The notes: a model not told the origin generated them from the sequence alone. A stretch of DNA of 64,000 nucleotides from Calditrichaceae bacterium (GCA_050173015.1 JBFXLE010000022.1:8119-72118); one strand, 5' to 3'; numbered from the stretch's first letter, positions 1 through 11,096 are shown. Program-made: numbers and translations.

Positions 1-505
1 TTTTAAATTCACCCTGAACAAGCATGGAGTTTTTTTCAATGGAATATGACTGCTGAGTCACAAAGATCAACAGACTGACAATCAATAGAGCAAGGATAAG
101 GTGAATCGTGATAATAAATGGTTCGAGAGCGGAAGAAACAACCCGGCTGCCCTGCCATCCCTGAAACGCCACAAGCAGCGCGGCCAGTATTGACGGATAT
201 AGAATTTTAGGATATTTCCGCATTTTAATAATAGCCATCAAGCCGGTGGCGGCAATAAGTAATCCCACTATCATACCTGTTAAACGGTTGATATACTCTA
301 TCCAGGCCAGAGTAAAATTGAAGAGGCTCGGATCCATCCCCGCCGGCAGCTGACCGATATCGGTGGGAGGAATCCATCTTCCGAAGCATTTCGGCCAGTC
401 GGGACATCCCAGTCCCGCGCCGGATACCCGGACCAGTCCGCCTACAAAAATCAGCACATATGTGGCAATGGTGGATATTAACGCCAGTTTTCTAAAAGTT
501 TTCAA
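1..505 (-). CDS. ctaA: Heme A synthase (CtaA/COX15), 5' part; runs off the left edge
   Basis: Not in ORF track. TTG start at 505 with GAGG RBS; manual translation MKTFRKLALISTIATYVLIFVGGLVRVSGAGLGCPDWPKCFG...WIEYINRLTG...; GCPDWPxC motif; frame open to the edge. Confidence 0.9.
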   Translation of the reverse strand, partial: MKTFRKLALISTIATYVLIFVGGLVRVSGAGLGCPDWPKCFGRWIPPTDIGQLPAGMDPSLFNFTLAWIEYINRLTGMIVGLLIAATGLMAIIKMRKYPKILYPSILAALLVAFQGWQGSRVVSSALEPFIITIHLILALLIVSLLIFVTQQSYSIEKNSMLVQGEFK

Positions 506-535
506 TACAACCTCTAATTTTTATTCATATGATCA

Positions 536-991
536 TTACAGCACCATTACGGGCTTCTCTAAAAAATATTCTTCCCCTTCATAGCTCCAGTCCAGCTTAA
601 CCTTCCAAACCCCTTTTGCCAGTGTTCCGGACGGGAATAACTGCTTCCGTTCCCGGTTCAATGACAGTTTTATTTTAAGATCTCGCCCCGCGTCGGATGG
701 TCTGAAGAGATGAATTGTGCCCTCCACGGATCCCGGATGAAAAAACTCAGGAAATACAATGCCGATTACTTTCTTATTTTTATCCATATTGATTTTGATC
801 GCCGAGGCGAATGGCCTTGTTCTGTTCATCCGGTCAATTTGCCGCTGATAATCGATCTCGCGCGCGTAATAATCCTTGCTGACGAGGTCGACCTTCTGAG
901 AAGTACTGAAGATCAAATATCCGAGAAAAAATAAAACAAAACCGGAAAACACAATGATAATTCCCGCCGGCCAGATAAATTTATTACTCAT
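536..991 (-). CDS. ccoH: FixH/CcoH family cbb3 oxidase maturation protein
   Basis: N-terminal TM, DLVSKDYY..E..YQ and LFRPSD motifs; follows ccoG. Confidence 0.85.
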   Translation of the reverse strand: MSNKFIWPAGIIIVFSGFVLFFLGYLIFSTSQKVDLVSKDYYAREIDYQRQIDRMNRTRPFASAIKINMDKNKKVIGIVFPEFFHPGSVEGTIHLFRPSDAGRDLKIKLSLNRERKQLFPSGTLAKGVWKVKLDWSYEGEEYFLEKPVMVL

Positions 992-2402
992 GACTGTTTC
1001 TCCATTTTTCCGGACCGGTAAATGAAGTTCTTAAGGACTGTACCAGAGTCTTCCCCGCATATATATCAATAGCCACAGGCATATTCGCCAAAACCACCTT
1101 TTCTCCCGGAATATCGATAAAAAATGATGTCTCAAGATAATCATTCCCGGGAACCGTTAATTCGCCACCAACCATCCTGATGTTTGCAAACGGATTCGCG
1201 CTTTTTAGTCGGATGTCAACCGGTTCAAATGATTTATTTATGACTTTGATGTTATAAAGATTACTGATCTTTCCGCCTTCCAGTTCCTGATAGAGGACGC
1301 CCGGTGTCCTAAGGATGGTTGTTTCAATATCCGTCCGGTTAATCATCGCCACTGCAAGAGCGACGACTAATACAAGCAACACACTTGAATAACCAAGTAT
1401 TCGCGGTGAAAATTTCAATTTCGTCCCATCAAGGATCCCCTGATATGAATCATAGCGGATAAGCCCCTTCGGCAGATTGACTTTTTGCATCACCGAATTA
1501 CAGGCATCGATACACGCGGTACAGTTGACGCATTCGAGCTGTGTTCCATTACGGATATCAATTCCCGTCGGACAAACCTCCACGCATTGCGCGCAGTCGA
1601 TGCAGTCACCGCTGTTTGAACGGTCTTTATTTCTTGAAAAATGCTCCCGTGGTTCCCCCCGTTTAAAATCATACGCGACCACAATTGAATTTTTATCAAG
1701 CAGAACCCCCTGAAGCCTGCCATACGGACAAACCATGGTACAGACCTGCTCCCTGAAACTCGCGTATACCCAATAAAATATCCCGCTGAATATTAGCATG
1801 GCGGACAATCCCGCGATATGTTCAGAGGGCGGATCTGTTATGATCTTTATAAGAGCGTCCGCGCCGATTATATACGCGAGAAACGTATTGCCGATTAGAA
1901 ATGACAGGGCGAAAAAAATACTGTGCTTTAGCGATTTCTTAAAAAATTTCTTTGTGTTCATCGGTGCCGCGTTCAGTTCCCGCTGACCTCTGGCATCACC
2001 TTCTATCCAGTATTCAATTTTTCTGAATACCATTTCCATAAAAATGGTCTGCGGGCAGGCCCATCCGCACCAGATTCTGCCAAAAACAACGGTAAACAGA
2101 ATAATAAATACCACCAGGGCAATGGTTGCCAGAACAAACAAATAGAAATCCTGCGGCCAGAATGTAAACCCTAAAATAAAAAATTTTCTTTCAATAATAT
2201 TTAACAGCAGCGCGGGCTGTCCGTTGATTTTAATAAATGGCCCGGCGAACAGAATGGACAAAAGAATAAAAGAAACTAAATTTCTGGCATGATACAATTG
2301 GCCTTTAGGCTTCTTTGGATAAAGCCATATCCGTTTCCCTTCTTTGTCCACGGTTGATACCGAGTCCCTGTAACTGTCAGTCATTTGATGCTCATCGGTC
2401 AT
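984..2402 (-). CDS. ccoG: cbb3 oxidase accessory protein CcoG/FixG (4Fe-4S membrane protein)
   Basis: GRIWCGWACPQT, REQVCTMVCPYGRLQ, CIDCAQCVEVCPTGIDIR, ECVNCTACIDAC. Confidence 0.95.
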   Translation of the reverse strand: MTDEHQMTDSYRDSVSTVDKEGKRIWLYPKKPKGQLYHARNLVSFILLSILFAGPFIKINGQPALLLNIIERKFFILGFTFWPQDFYLFVLATIALVVFIILFTVVFGRIWCGWACPQTIFMEMVFRKIEYWIEGDARGQRELNAAPMNTKKFFKKSLKHSIFFALSFLIGNTFLAYIIGADALIKIITDPPSEHIAGLSAMLIFSGIFYWVYASFREQVCTMVCPYGRLQGVLLDKNSIVVAYDFKRGEPREHFSRNKDRSNSGDCIDCAQCVEVCPTGIDIRNGTQLECVNCTACIDACNSVMQKVNLPKGLIRYDSYQGILDGTKLKFSPRILGYSSVLLVLVVALAVAMINRTDIETTILRTPGVLYQELEGGKISNLYNIKVINKSFEPVDIRLKSANPFANIRMVGGELTVPGNDYLETSFFIDIPGEKVVLANMPVAIDIYAGKTLVQSLRTSFTGPEKWRNSHE

Positions 2403-2417
2403 CGAACCGGCCTTTTT

Positions 2418-3302
2418 TTATTCAAATTCAACTTTTTCTCCCTGGGGCGCTTTGGCGTTAGGCGGATTTGTCCCATGAAGTGTCAGGATATAGCTTGCTA
2501 CCTGCATGATCTGATCCTGATTAAGAGTTCTTTCCCAGGAGATCATCCCCTTGGAGGGTACACCGACATTAATAATTTTCAAAACATTATTCATTCCCGC
2601 GCCATGGATCCAGTAATCATCAGTGAGATTGGGACCGATCCCGCCCTGCCCTTTATTTCCGTGACAGCTCGCGCAATTCGCTGAGTACACGCCTTCACCG
2701 GATGCCAGACTGTTTGCATCGGTCAGCGCCGCAATTTCCGTTTCGGCCGGCGCGGCCACCTCCTCTGCAGCCAAAACAGGATTTTTAGCATCCAAAGAAG
2801 CATAAATATCGGGAAATGCCTCCTTCAATTTCTCAAGCGCGGAGGGATCGGCTTTTACCATTGCGGCTTTGATCAGTTCATCAAAAGACATGGCTCCCGC
2901 GTCAATTTTACCGGTTTCCCCCGATTCCATAGCAGCCAGTTTTTCAGCTTTCAGCTCATCATTTATTCTCTTCTCTTCGGCCAGTATCATTTCGAGCCGC
3001 GTTCGCGGAGTAAGATCACCTTCAGGATTATAGTAGGGCGAATGATACGATTTTAAGAGCGTAAAGCCTCTTTGCTCGGTTGATTCCGCTACCCAGTCGG
3101 GATTAAGTTCCTTTTGATATTCGGCATAAGAGGAGTCACCAAATCCAAAAACATGGAAATACAAAAAATATCCCACTGCCCAAATGACGGTCAGATAGAA
3201 CATATACAGCCACCATGGCGGTAGATCGTTATCTAATTCTTTTATCCCGTCATAATCATGATCAAGCAGAACATCCTTCTCTTTTTTTTCTCTCTTAGCC
3301 AT
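2418..3302 (-). CDS. ccoP: cbb3-type oxidase subunit CcoP (single heme c)
   Basis: DHDYDGIKELDNDLPPWW N-terminal domain; one CASCH; GPNLTDDYWIHG; ATG 3302 preferred (AAGGA RBS). Confidence 0.92.
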   Translation of the reverse strand: MAKREKKEKDVLLDHDYDGIKELDNDLPPWWLYMFYLTVIWAVGYFLYFHVFGFGDSSYAEYQKELNPDWVAESTEQRGFTLLKSYHSPYYNPEGDLTPRTRLEMILAEEKRINDELKAEKLAAMESGETGKIDAGAMSFDELIKAAMVKADPSALEKLKEAFPDIYASLDAKNPVLAAEEVAAPAETEIAALTDANSLASGEGVYSANCASCHGNKGQGGIGPNLTDDYWIHGAGMNNVLKIINVGVPSKGMISWERTLNQDQIMQVASYILTLHGTNPPNAKAPQGEKVEFE

Positions 3303-3492
3303 CGATTTTTTCCTTTTGATTTTCTGATGATGTATAACTATCAAATGGCAGATTTTTCATTTTAATTATATATTTTTTATCAAGCCTGAAAATCCAGATC
3401 ACGATTCCCACAGAAAACAGCATAAACAAAAACATAGAGATCATCGGATAGATATTTATACCTTCGATTGCCTGGAGCACGTCTTTATACAT
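3295..3492 (-). CDS. ccoQ: cbb3-type oxidase small subunit CcoQ
   Basis: 65 aa single TM ending in ...NLPF; lies between ccoNO and ccoP. Confidence 0.8.
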   Translation of the reverse strand: MYKDVLQAIEGINIYPMISMFLFMLFSVGIVIWIFRLDKKYIIKMKNLPFDSYTSSENQKEKIDG

Positions 3493-3519
3493 AGCTTCTC
3501 CGCTTTGGATTATCCGTTA

Positions 3520-5640
3520 TTATTCCACCGGAACTTTAATATCGGTCCCCAGTCTCTGCAAATAGGCGATCAGAGCGATAATTTCCTTATCGCCTTCCAC
3601 CACGAAACCGGCATCCCTGAGTCCGGCGGCGATTTTGTCGGACTGCAGCCGCAGATCCCTGTTCGCTTTCGATTCATATCCATCGGGATATGGAACTCCG
3701 AGAATCCGCATGACAGATATTTTATCCGACGTGGTCGTCGTGTCCAGCCGATCTTCGATCAACCACGGATAAGGCGGCATGATCGAGCCCGGCGACATGG
3801 ATGTTGGATCCAGCATATGGCTGTAATGCCAGGCGTCAGGATATTTTCCTCCTTCACGGTGCAGGTCGGGGCCGGTTCGTTTTGAGCCCCATAAAAATGG
3901 ATGATCATATACAAATTCACCCGCCTTGGAATATTCTCCGTAACGCTCTGTTTCCGAACGAATCGGACGGATCATCTGGGAATGACAGGTATTGCATCCT
4001 TCCCGGATGTAAATATCCCGGCCCTGTAACTCCAGCGGCGTATACGGTTTAACGCTGCTGATTGTCGGTACATTTGATTTGACCAGAAATGTCGGCACCA
4101 TTTCAACAATTCCTCCGATCAGAACCACAACAATTGTGATCAGAGAAAATTGAACCGGTTTATGTTCCAGCCAGCGGTGCCAGTGTTCATTCGCGGAACC
4201 GGTATTATTCACATGAACGAGAGCCGGCGCCATGGCTTCCTCATCATCAATAAGACGGCCGCTTTTGCCTGTTTTATACAGATTATAGATCATGATGATT
4301 ACACCGGTCAGATAAAGCGTGCCACCGATCGAGCGGAAGATATACATCGGTATAATCTGCAGAACGGTCTCTAAAAATATGGGATACTGCAAAAAACCGT
4401 CCTGTGTAAATGACTGCCACATAAGCCCCTGAGTAATCCCCGCCCAGTATAAAGGAATGGTGTAGAAAACGATCCCGAGAGTGGCGGCCCAAAAATGCGT
4501 GTTGGCCATTTTTACCGAATATAGTTTTGTTCCGTAAAGCCTGGGCACCAGCCAGTATAATATGCCAAATGTCAGCAGACCGTTCCAGCCCAACGCGCCG
4601 ACGTGCACATGCGCGATGATCCAATCCGTATAATGAGCAAGCGCGTTTACACTTTTTATGGACAACAACGGTCCTTCAAAGGTTGCCATTCCGTAAGCCG
4701 TCACCGCCACCACCAAAAACTTCAGAATCGGATCTTCGCGGACACGGTCCCATGCGCCCCGAAGCGTCAATAGCCCGTTGAGCATCCCTCCCCAGGAGGG
4801 GGCAATCAGCATAATCGAAAACACCGTTCCCAACGACTGAGCCCAATCCGGAAGCGCGGTGTACAATAAATGATGAGGGCCTGCCCAGATATAGATAAAT
4901 ATTAATGCCCAGAAATGGACGATTGATAATCTGTATGAATAAATCGGTCGCTCCGCCGCCTTTGGGAGATAGTAGTACATGAGCCCCAGGTATGGTGTCG
5001 TAAGGAAAAACGCTACAGCATTATGTCCGTACCACCATTGTACCAGAGCGTCCTGAACACCCGCAAATACCGGATAACTTTTTGTTAGTGTAACCGGAAT
5101 TTCAATGGAATTCACCAGATGAAGAACCGCCACGGTAAAAAAAGTAGCGAGATAAAACCAGATGGCCACATACATGTGTTTTTCACGGCGTTTTAAAATC
5201 GTGCCGATCATATTAACTCCAAAAACGACCCAGATGATCGTTATGGCGATATCTATGGGCCATTCAAGTTCGGCGTATTCCTTACTGGTTGTCATTCCAA
5301 GCGGGAGTGTGATTGCCGCCATCACGATGATGAGCTGCCATCCCCAGAAATGAATTTTGCTTAGAAGATCGCTGAACATCCGCGCTTTTAAGAGACGCTG
5401 AAGCGAATAATACACCCCCATGAAGATTCCGTTACCGACAAACGCGAATATAACCGAATTGGTATGCAGCGGCCTCAACCGGCTGAAAGTGATGTACGGT
5501 ATTCCCAAATTCCATGAGGGCAGATAGATCTGAAAGGCGATCGTTAAACCGACTGTCATACCTATCAATCCCCAAAAAACGGTTGCCAGATAAAAATTCC
5601 GGACGATTCTGTTATCGTACTGAAACGTCTCCATTGTCAT
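3520..5640 (-). CDS. ccoNO: Fused cbb3-type oxidase subunits I/II (CcoN-CcoO)
   Basis: RLRPLHT, WWYGHNAV, WAGPHHL, HVHVG; C-terminal GCNTCHSQMIRP, WGSKRTGPDL; ATG 5640 with GGGAG RBS. Confidence 0.96.
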   Translation of the reverse strand: MTMETFQYDNRIVRNFYLATVFWGLIGMTVGLTIAFQIYLPSWNLGIPYITFSRLRPLHTNSVIFAFVGNGIFMGVYYSLQRLLKARMFSDLLSKIHFWGWQLIIVMAAITLPLGMTTSKEYAELEWPIDIAITIIWVVFGVNMIGTILKRREKHMYVAIWFYLATFFTVAVLHLVNSIEIPVTLTKSYPVFAGVQDALVQWWYGHNAVAFFLTTPYLGLMYYYLPKAAERPIYSYRLSIVHFWALIFIYIWAGPHHLLYTALPDWAQSLGTVFSIMLIAPSWGGMLNGLLTLRGAWDRVREDPILKFLVVAVTAYGMATFEGPLLSIKSVNALAHYTDWIIAHVHVGALGWNGLLTFGILYWLVPRLYGTKLYSVKMANTHFWAATLGIVFYTIPLYWAGITQGLMWQSFTQDGFLQYPIFLETVLQIIPMYIFRSIGGTLYLTGVIIMIYNLYKTGKSGRLIDDEEAMAPALVHVNNTGSANEHWHRWLEHKPVQFSLITIVVVLIGGIVEMVPTFLVKSNVPTISSVKPYTPLELQGRDIYIREGCNTCHSQMIRPIRSETERYGEYSKAGEFVYDHPFLWGSKRTGPDLHREGGKYPDAWHYSHMLDPTSMSPGSIMPPYPWLIEDRLDTTTTSDKISVMRILGVPYPDGYESKANRDLRLQSDKIAAGLRDAGFVVEGDKEIIALIAYLQRLGTDIKVPVE

Positions 5641-5815
5641 GCTCACGCTCCCTGTTCTCAGATTTTGATTTTGTTTTATCATCAAATAAAATCCTCACCG
5701 ATGGTGTATATTGATCATCATACTGACCGCTTTTAACCGCCCATAAAAAAGCCCCCAGAAATCCTGCCGCCACAATCAGGCTGAAACCGATAAGAATAAA
5801 CATCGCGCTCATCAC
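5612..5815 (-). CDS. ccoS: cbb3 oxidase maturation protein CcoS
   Basis: TM followed by FLWAVKSGQYDD motif. Confidence 0.9.
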   Translation of the reverse strand: MMSAMFILIGFSLIVAAGFLGAFLWAVKSGQYDDQYTPSVRILFDDKTKSKSENREREHDNGDVSVR

Positions 5816-8271
5816 TCACCCGCTTTCGAACGTAAACCGGCGCGAGCAGCCATAAAATTGGTTGCTACGGTCGTAAAAACCATCACTGTTATTGAGCTAA
5901 CCGGCATCAGCACTGCCGAAATCAAGGGCGAAAGCGTCCCCTGAACGGCAAAACCCAACCCGATGATATTATATAAAAATGAAATGATAAAACTGATGCT
6001 GATGATATTCATACTTATTCGGGAAAACCGAATAAACCGGTCTAAGTTTACAAAACTTTCCGCCTGCGCGATGCCGTCACATGCAGGTGAGAACCCGCTT
6101 ATATTTTCCGAAACCGCTATTCCCGCGTCACTTTGTTTTAGGGCACCGGCGTCATTCAGGCCGTCACCGATCATCATCACTTGATTTTTTTGGGACTGAA
6201 GATTCTTGATATACTCCAGTTTATCATGAGGGGATTGATTAAATTTTAGATCGGATTCGCTGCCAAACAATTCTTGAAGAAATGACTTTTCTCTATCATT
6301 ATCACCCGTAATCATGGAAAGCCGGTAATTTGTTTTAAGATTTTTCAGAATATCCTTCAACCCCTTACGGTAACTGTTTCCGAGCCGGAAACACCCTCTG
6401 TAAATCCCGTCCAGCTCAATGTGAACAATCGATGTTGTCATTGAATCAAATGAACTTTTTTTAACACCGATGAACCTGTCCGAACCTATTTTTACCTTGA
6501 CACCTTTTACAATCCCTTCGATCCCCGCTCCGGGTATTTCATTAAATCGCGTAATCCCCGGTAAAGCGTCAGCTTCCAAAAATCGACTGATCCGCTGACT
6601 AAGCGGATGGATGGATTGCGCCGTAATTGATTTTATGAATTGCTTTTCCGGATCGCTGAGCGGTTCATTTAAATGATCAGGATAATGCCAGGTCACATCG
6701 TCCGATCCGGTGCCGGTTAAGGTTCCCGTCTTATCAAAAACAATGATGTCTGTTTTGGAAATTGCTTCGATGACTGATGTATTTTTTACATAGAAGCGGT
6801 TTCTTGAGAATATCCTGAGCGTGTTCCCCAGAGTAAACGGAGCTGACAGAGCGAGCGCGCAGGGACAAGCGACAATCAGAACTGCCGTAAATGCATTTAA
6901 TGCGAGATGCGCGTTTTCGGGAAGCCAGTAAATTGCCGAAGCGGCAGCAATGAGCAGGACAGCTATTGTAAAATATTTACTGATGGTATCGGAAATAGTG
7001 ATCATCCGGCTTTTATTGTCTTTATGAAAGATATCCTGATTCCATAATTTTGTCAGGTAACTTTGAGAAACATCTTTCACCACTTCTAATTCAATATGAC
7101 TACCCGACTGCCTTCCCCCGGCATAAACAATTTCACCTGAGATTTTTTTGACTAATTTTGATTCGCCCGTTACAAAACTGTAATCGATATATCCATCGCC
7201 TTTAATAAGAACAGAGTCGGCAGGAATCAATTCCGCGTTTCGGACAATAATCCGGTCTCCGACCCGTAATTTTGACAAAGGTATGGTTTTGCGCTCCTTC
7301 TTCTTCCTTATCGTCACCGCGATTGGAAAATATGATTTGTAATCGCGTTCGAATGATAACGCATGATGCGTTTTATTTTGAAACAATTTTCCGACAAGCA
7401 GCAGCAAAATCAGTCCCGTAAAAGAATCCATATATCCGGTGCCATATCCGCTAAGGATTTCATACAAACTTCTGCTGAACAAAGTGATAATTCCCAGAGA
7501 AATGGGCACATCGATATTTATCAGCCGTTGTCTGAATCCTGTCCGGGCGGATTTAAAGTAATTTATACTGCTGTATAGCAATACAGGTAAGGCAAGAAGA
7601 ATGTTCATATATCCAAAAAATACTCTGAACGGAGCATCAATCTCCGCTTCACCGGATAAATATTCCGGAAAACTGAGCAGCATAATATTCGCGAATGCAA
7701 ATCCTGCCACACCGATTTTCAGGTATAGATCTCTATCCTCTGACTTATTTTGCGTCTTCCTGAGATTTTCATGATTAAACTGTGGTTCATAACCAATGGA
7801 TGCCAGATTTTCCACAATTTCCCGTAACCCGGTTTTATCCCGGTTATAAGTGATATTCAGCTCTTTTTGAACAAAATCGACACGGGATTCAATAATACCA
7901 CCGTTTAATCTCTCAAGATTTTCGAGTAGCCAGATACATGAGCTGCAGTGCATGGAAGGAATAAATAGATTAACAGAAACACCGGACCCTCCGGATTCCT
8001 GAATCAATTGTTTTTGAATAGAATTATCTTCAAGAAAGGAATATTTTTCCGGAGCTCCGAATTCATCCGGAGAGACGCCCGGATTCTTATCAAACTGATA
8101 ATAATCGCAAAGATTATTTTCTTCAAGAAGTTCATAGACCAGCCGGCAACCCTTGCAGCAGAAGACTTTTTCCCCCATCGCAATGGAGGAATCCCTGCAT
8201 TGTTCACCGCAATGATAACACTCTAAATCTTTTTTTAGTTTCGGCTGGTAGATTTTTACATCTACTGACAT
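5812..8271 (-). CDS. ccoI: Copper-translocating P1B ATPase CcoI/FixI
   Basis: CYHC/FCCxGC N-terminus, MHCSSC HMA, TGES, CPC, DKTGT, GDGLND. Confidence 0.93.
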   Translation of the reverse strand: MSVDVKIYQPKLKKDLECYHCGEQCRDSSIAMGEKVFCCKGCRLVYELLEENNLCDYYQFDKNPGVSPDEFGAPEKYSFLEDNSIQKQLIQESGGSGVSVNLFIPSMHCSSCIWLLENLERLNGGIIESRVDFVQKELNITYNRDKTGLREIVENLASIGYEPQFNHENLRKTQNKSEDRDLYLKIGVAGFAFANIMLLSFPEYLSGEAEIDAPFRVFFGYMNILLALPVLLYSSINYFKSARTGFRQRLINIDVPISLGIITLFSRSLYEILSGYGTGYMDSFTGLILLLLVGKLFQNKTHHALSFERDYKSYFPIAVTIRKKKERKTIPLSKLRVGDRIIVRNAELIPADSVLIKGDGYIDYSFVTGESKLVKKISGEIVYAGGRQSGSHIELEVVKDVSQSYLTKLWNQDIFHKDNKSRMITISDTISKYFTIAVLLIAAASAIYWLPENAHLALNAFTAVLIVACPCALALSAPFTLGNTLRIFSRNRFYVKNTSVIEAISKTDIIVFDKTGTLTGTGSDDVTWHYPDHLNEPLSDPEKQFIKSITAQSIHPLSQRISRFLEADALPGITRFNEIPGAGIEGIVKGVKVKIGSDRFIGVKKSSFDSMTTSIVHIELDGIYRGCFRLGNSYRKGLKDILKNLKTNYRLSMITGDNDREKSFLQELFGSESDLKFNQSPHDKLEYIKNLQSQKNQVMMIGDGLNDAGALKQSDAGIAVSENISGFSPACDGIAQAESFVNLDRFIRFSRISMNIISISFIISFLYNIIGLGFAVQGTLSPLISAVLMPVSSITVMVFTTVATNFMAARAGLRSKAGE

Positions 8272-8350
8272 CGATTTTTATAACCGCTTTTTTATTTGTT
8301 TTGAAACCTTCCCGTAAAATCTCTCATTTTCTTTTTTAAAAAGATTTTAT

Positions 8351-8719
8351 TTACCGGGCAGTTTCATAGATCCTGGCATTTTTCTGAATCGGACCGTCTT
8401 TAATCTTGTAAATCTCACCCCTGTTCATTGTATCAAACATGGTAAGAATGATAAAAACAGCCAGAAACACAAGTGAAAAAGAAAAGATGGCCAGATAGAA
8501 TTTATTATCATACAACAAGTGCATAAAGAAAAGAAGGACCAGTGTCCCTTTCACCGTCGCTATCAGCATGGCAATGATAAGATTGAACGCGCCGAAATGC
8601 AGAAAGGAAGCTCCTACGGTGATTCCCGTAAGCGCCAATAACGCCGCGGCCACTCCGAGGTATGTCTTCAACGGGAGAATATGATTTTTATTTTCAACAT
8701 GATTTGAATTTGTCATCAT
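8351..8719 (-). CDS. ctaF: caa3 cytochrome c oxidase subunit IV
   Basis: 3 TMs, KGTLVLLFFMHL motif; follows subunit III. Confidence 0.88.
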   Translation of the reverse strand: MMTNSNHVENKNHILPLKTYLGVAAALLALTGITVGASFLHFGAFNLIIAMLIATVKGTLVLLFFMHLLYDNKFYLAIFSFSLVFLAVFIILTMFDTMNRGEIYKIKDGPIQKNARIYETAR

Positions 8720-8722
8720 TAT

Positions 8723-9370
8723 TTATCCTATCAAATACAATAGAGGAAACAAAAATATCCAGATCAGATCGACCAGGTGCCAGTATAAACCGGTCATCTC
8801 GATTGGAGTATAATATTCCGCGGAAAATTCATCTTTTACGGTTCTGTACAGAACCCAGCTGATCGCGAACATCCCGAACAGTATGTGAAAACCGTGCAGA
8901 CCGGTCATTGCAAAATATATACTGAAAAAGACATGTGGATTAGTCCCCTCCAGGCCCGTAAACGTATAGTATTTTCCCGGAAGCTGTCCCAAATGTATCT
9001 TATGCGTGTATTCGAAATATTTTACAACAAGAAAGGCGGCGGCAAGGATTAGCGTAATTACCAGAAAAATAATTGTCTGTTTTTTATTCGATAACTGCAT
9101 ACTTCTTATGGAAAGCGCCATGGTCAGGGAGCTTGTAATCAGCACAACCGTATTCAAAGTACCGAGATAAACATTAAGCACCTTATGGGCGTTGTAAAAC
9201 ATGTCCGGATTCCATGCCCGAAAAATCGCATAAGCCGTAAAGAGTCCGCCAAACAACAAGATTTCAGTCAAAAGAAATATCCACATCCCCAGCTTTACCG
9301 TTTCCTGCTGCTGCCCCACATCACTAAAATGATGCGCCAGATGGTTAGGATGTTTTTCCGCATGCTCCAT
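8723..9370 (-). CDS. ctaE: Cytochrome c oxidase subunit III
   Basis: GMWIFLLTEILLFGGLF, TGLHGFH, YWHLVDLIWIFLFP. Confidence 0.95.
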   Translation of the reverse strand: MEHAEKHPNHLAHHFSDVGQQQETVKLGMWIFLLTEILLFGGLFTAYAIFRAWNPDMFYNAHKVLNVYLGTLNTVVLITSSLTMALSIRSMQLSNKKQTIIFLVITLILAAAFLVVKYFEYTHKIHLGQLPGKYYTFTGLEGTNPHVFFSIYFAMTGLHGFHILFGMFAISWVLYRTVKDEFSAEYYTPIEMTGLYWHLVDLIWIFLFPLLYLIG

Positions 9371-9421
9371 ATATTCAGTCCTGTTTCTTAACTAAAATTA
9401 CCCTTAAAATTAAAACCACAT

Positions 9422-11083
9422 TTATTTAACCGCTTCCGGTTCTTCCTTCCGGCTGTCTAACGCATCTTTTTCGTATAAAATATCATCAACAACCATAAGG
9501 TGATCAAAATCATATGGACCGTTAACCACCACCGGAATTTCAGAGAAATTTTCCTTCGGTGGCGGCGAATCGGTAGTCCATTCAAGAGTCAATGCGCCAA
9601 ACGGATTTTTTCCGGCCGGCCGCCCCTTAATCATGGCGTAAACCAGATAAACTCCCATAATAATGAAGCCTACTCCCAGCACCCATGATCCGACCGATGA
9701 AAAGGCATGGAGCGGCTGAAATTGATCAAGATAATTATAATAACGCCTGGGCATCCCCTTTGTCCCAAGAATAAATTGAGTAAAAAACGTCATATTGAAT
9801 CCAACAAAGATCAGAAAAGCCGCGATCTTTCCCCAGAACTCACTGTACATACGACCCCAAAACTTGGGCCACCAGTAATGCAGACCGCCGAGAAACGCCA
9901 TCACCGTCCCGCCCATCATCACATAATGAAAATGAGCAACTACAAAATATGTGTCATGCAGGTGGATATCTATAGACAGGGCGCCGAGGAATATTCCCGT
10001 TAGCCCTCCAATGGCGAACAAAAACAGGAATGAAAGCGCGTATAGCATTGGTGTTTCGAAACTAATCGATCCCTTATAGAGCGTCGCCAGCCAGTTGAAC
10101 ATCTTGATCCCCGAAGGTATCCCCACGAGAAAGGTTAAAAATGAAAATATCATCGCTGCCAGTTCAGATTGCCCGCTTGTGAACATGTGATGTCCCCAGA
10201 CCAGGAAACTTACCAGCGCGATTCCCAGACTGGAAAAGGCGATCGCTTTATAACCGAAAATCTTTTTATGGGAAAAAGTCGAAATCAGTTCACTGATAAT
10301 CCCCATCCCGGGAAGAATCATGATATATACGGCCGGATGCGAGTAGAACCAGAAAAAGTGCTGATAGAGAACCGGATCTCCACCCATCGCCGGGTCAAAA
10401 ATACCGATACCGAATGCTTTTTCCAGAATTAGTAGAAGTAAGGTTATTCCGAGCACAGGAGTCGCCAGCACCTGAATTATCGCCGTGGCATAGAGTCCCC
10501 AGACAAAAAGCGGCATTTTGAACCAGGTCATCCCCGGCGCCCGCAGCTTATGGATGGTGGCGATAAAATTGATGCCGGTAAAAATAGAAGAAAAACCAAG
10601 AATAAAAATACCAAATGTCATGGAAATTACCGAGCCGGTTGATTCAGTACTGTATGGAGTATAAAAAGTCCAGCCCGTATCCACGCCGCCTGTAATGATC
10701 GCAAAAACCGCGAACAAAGCGCCGAACACATACACATACCAGCTTGCGAGGTTTAACCTTGGAAAGGCGACATCCTTCGCTCCTATCATCAATGGAAGCA
10801 CAAAATTTCCAAGCGCGGCGGGAATTGACGGTATGATGAACAAAAATATCATAATCGCGCCGTGCAGTGTAAAATACTGATTATAGGTTTCCGCCGTCAT
10901 GAAGTCCGGTCCCGGATGCAGAAGCTCCAGTCGGATTAATACTGCCAGTACACCGCCGACAAAGAAGGAAATCATAATACTGTACAAATACAGAACGCCG
11001 ATCCGTTTATGATCCAGTGTAAACAGCCATGATTTGATTCCTTTTTCCTGATTCAGATAATTTGTTTCTGCAAAAACAGCCAT
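9422..11083 (-). CDS. ctaD: Cytochrome c oxidase subunit I, A2 type
   Basis: [24 protein letters not shown] (YS motif of A2 enzymes), [18 protein letters not shown]. Confidence 0.97.
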   Translation of the reverse strand: MAVFAETNYLNQEKGIKSWLFTLDHKRIGVLYLYSIMISFFVGGVLAVLIRLELLHPGPDFMTAETYNQYFTLHGAIMIFLFIIPSIPAALGNFVLPLMIGAKDVAFPRLNLASWYVYVFGALFAVFAIITGGVDTGWTFYTPYSTESTGSVISMTFGIFILGFSSIFTGINFIATIHKLRAPGMTWFKMPLFVWGLYATAIIQVLATPVLGITLLLLILEKAFGIGIFDPAMGGDPVLYQHFFWFYSHPAVYIMILPGMGIISELISTFSHKKIFGYKAIAFSSLGIALVSFLVWGHHMFTSGQSELAAMIFSFLTFLVGIPSGIKMFNWLATLYKGSISFETPMLYALSFLFLFAIGGLTGIFLGALSIDIHLHDTYFVVAHFHYVMMGGTVMAFLGGLHYWWPKFWGRMYSEFWGKIAAFLIFVGFNMTFFTQFILGTKGMPRRYYNYLDQFQPLHAFSSVGSWVLGVGFIIMGVYLVYAMIKGRPAGKNPFGALTLEWTTDSPPPKENFSEIPVVVNGPYDFDHLMVVDDILYEKDALDSRKEEPEAVK

Positions 11084-11096
11084 ACTATCTACCCGC

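Noticed and set aside
3520-5640. ccoN-ccoO fusion as a novelty
   Set aside because: Known feature of Bacteroidota and related lineages
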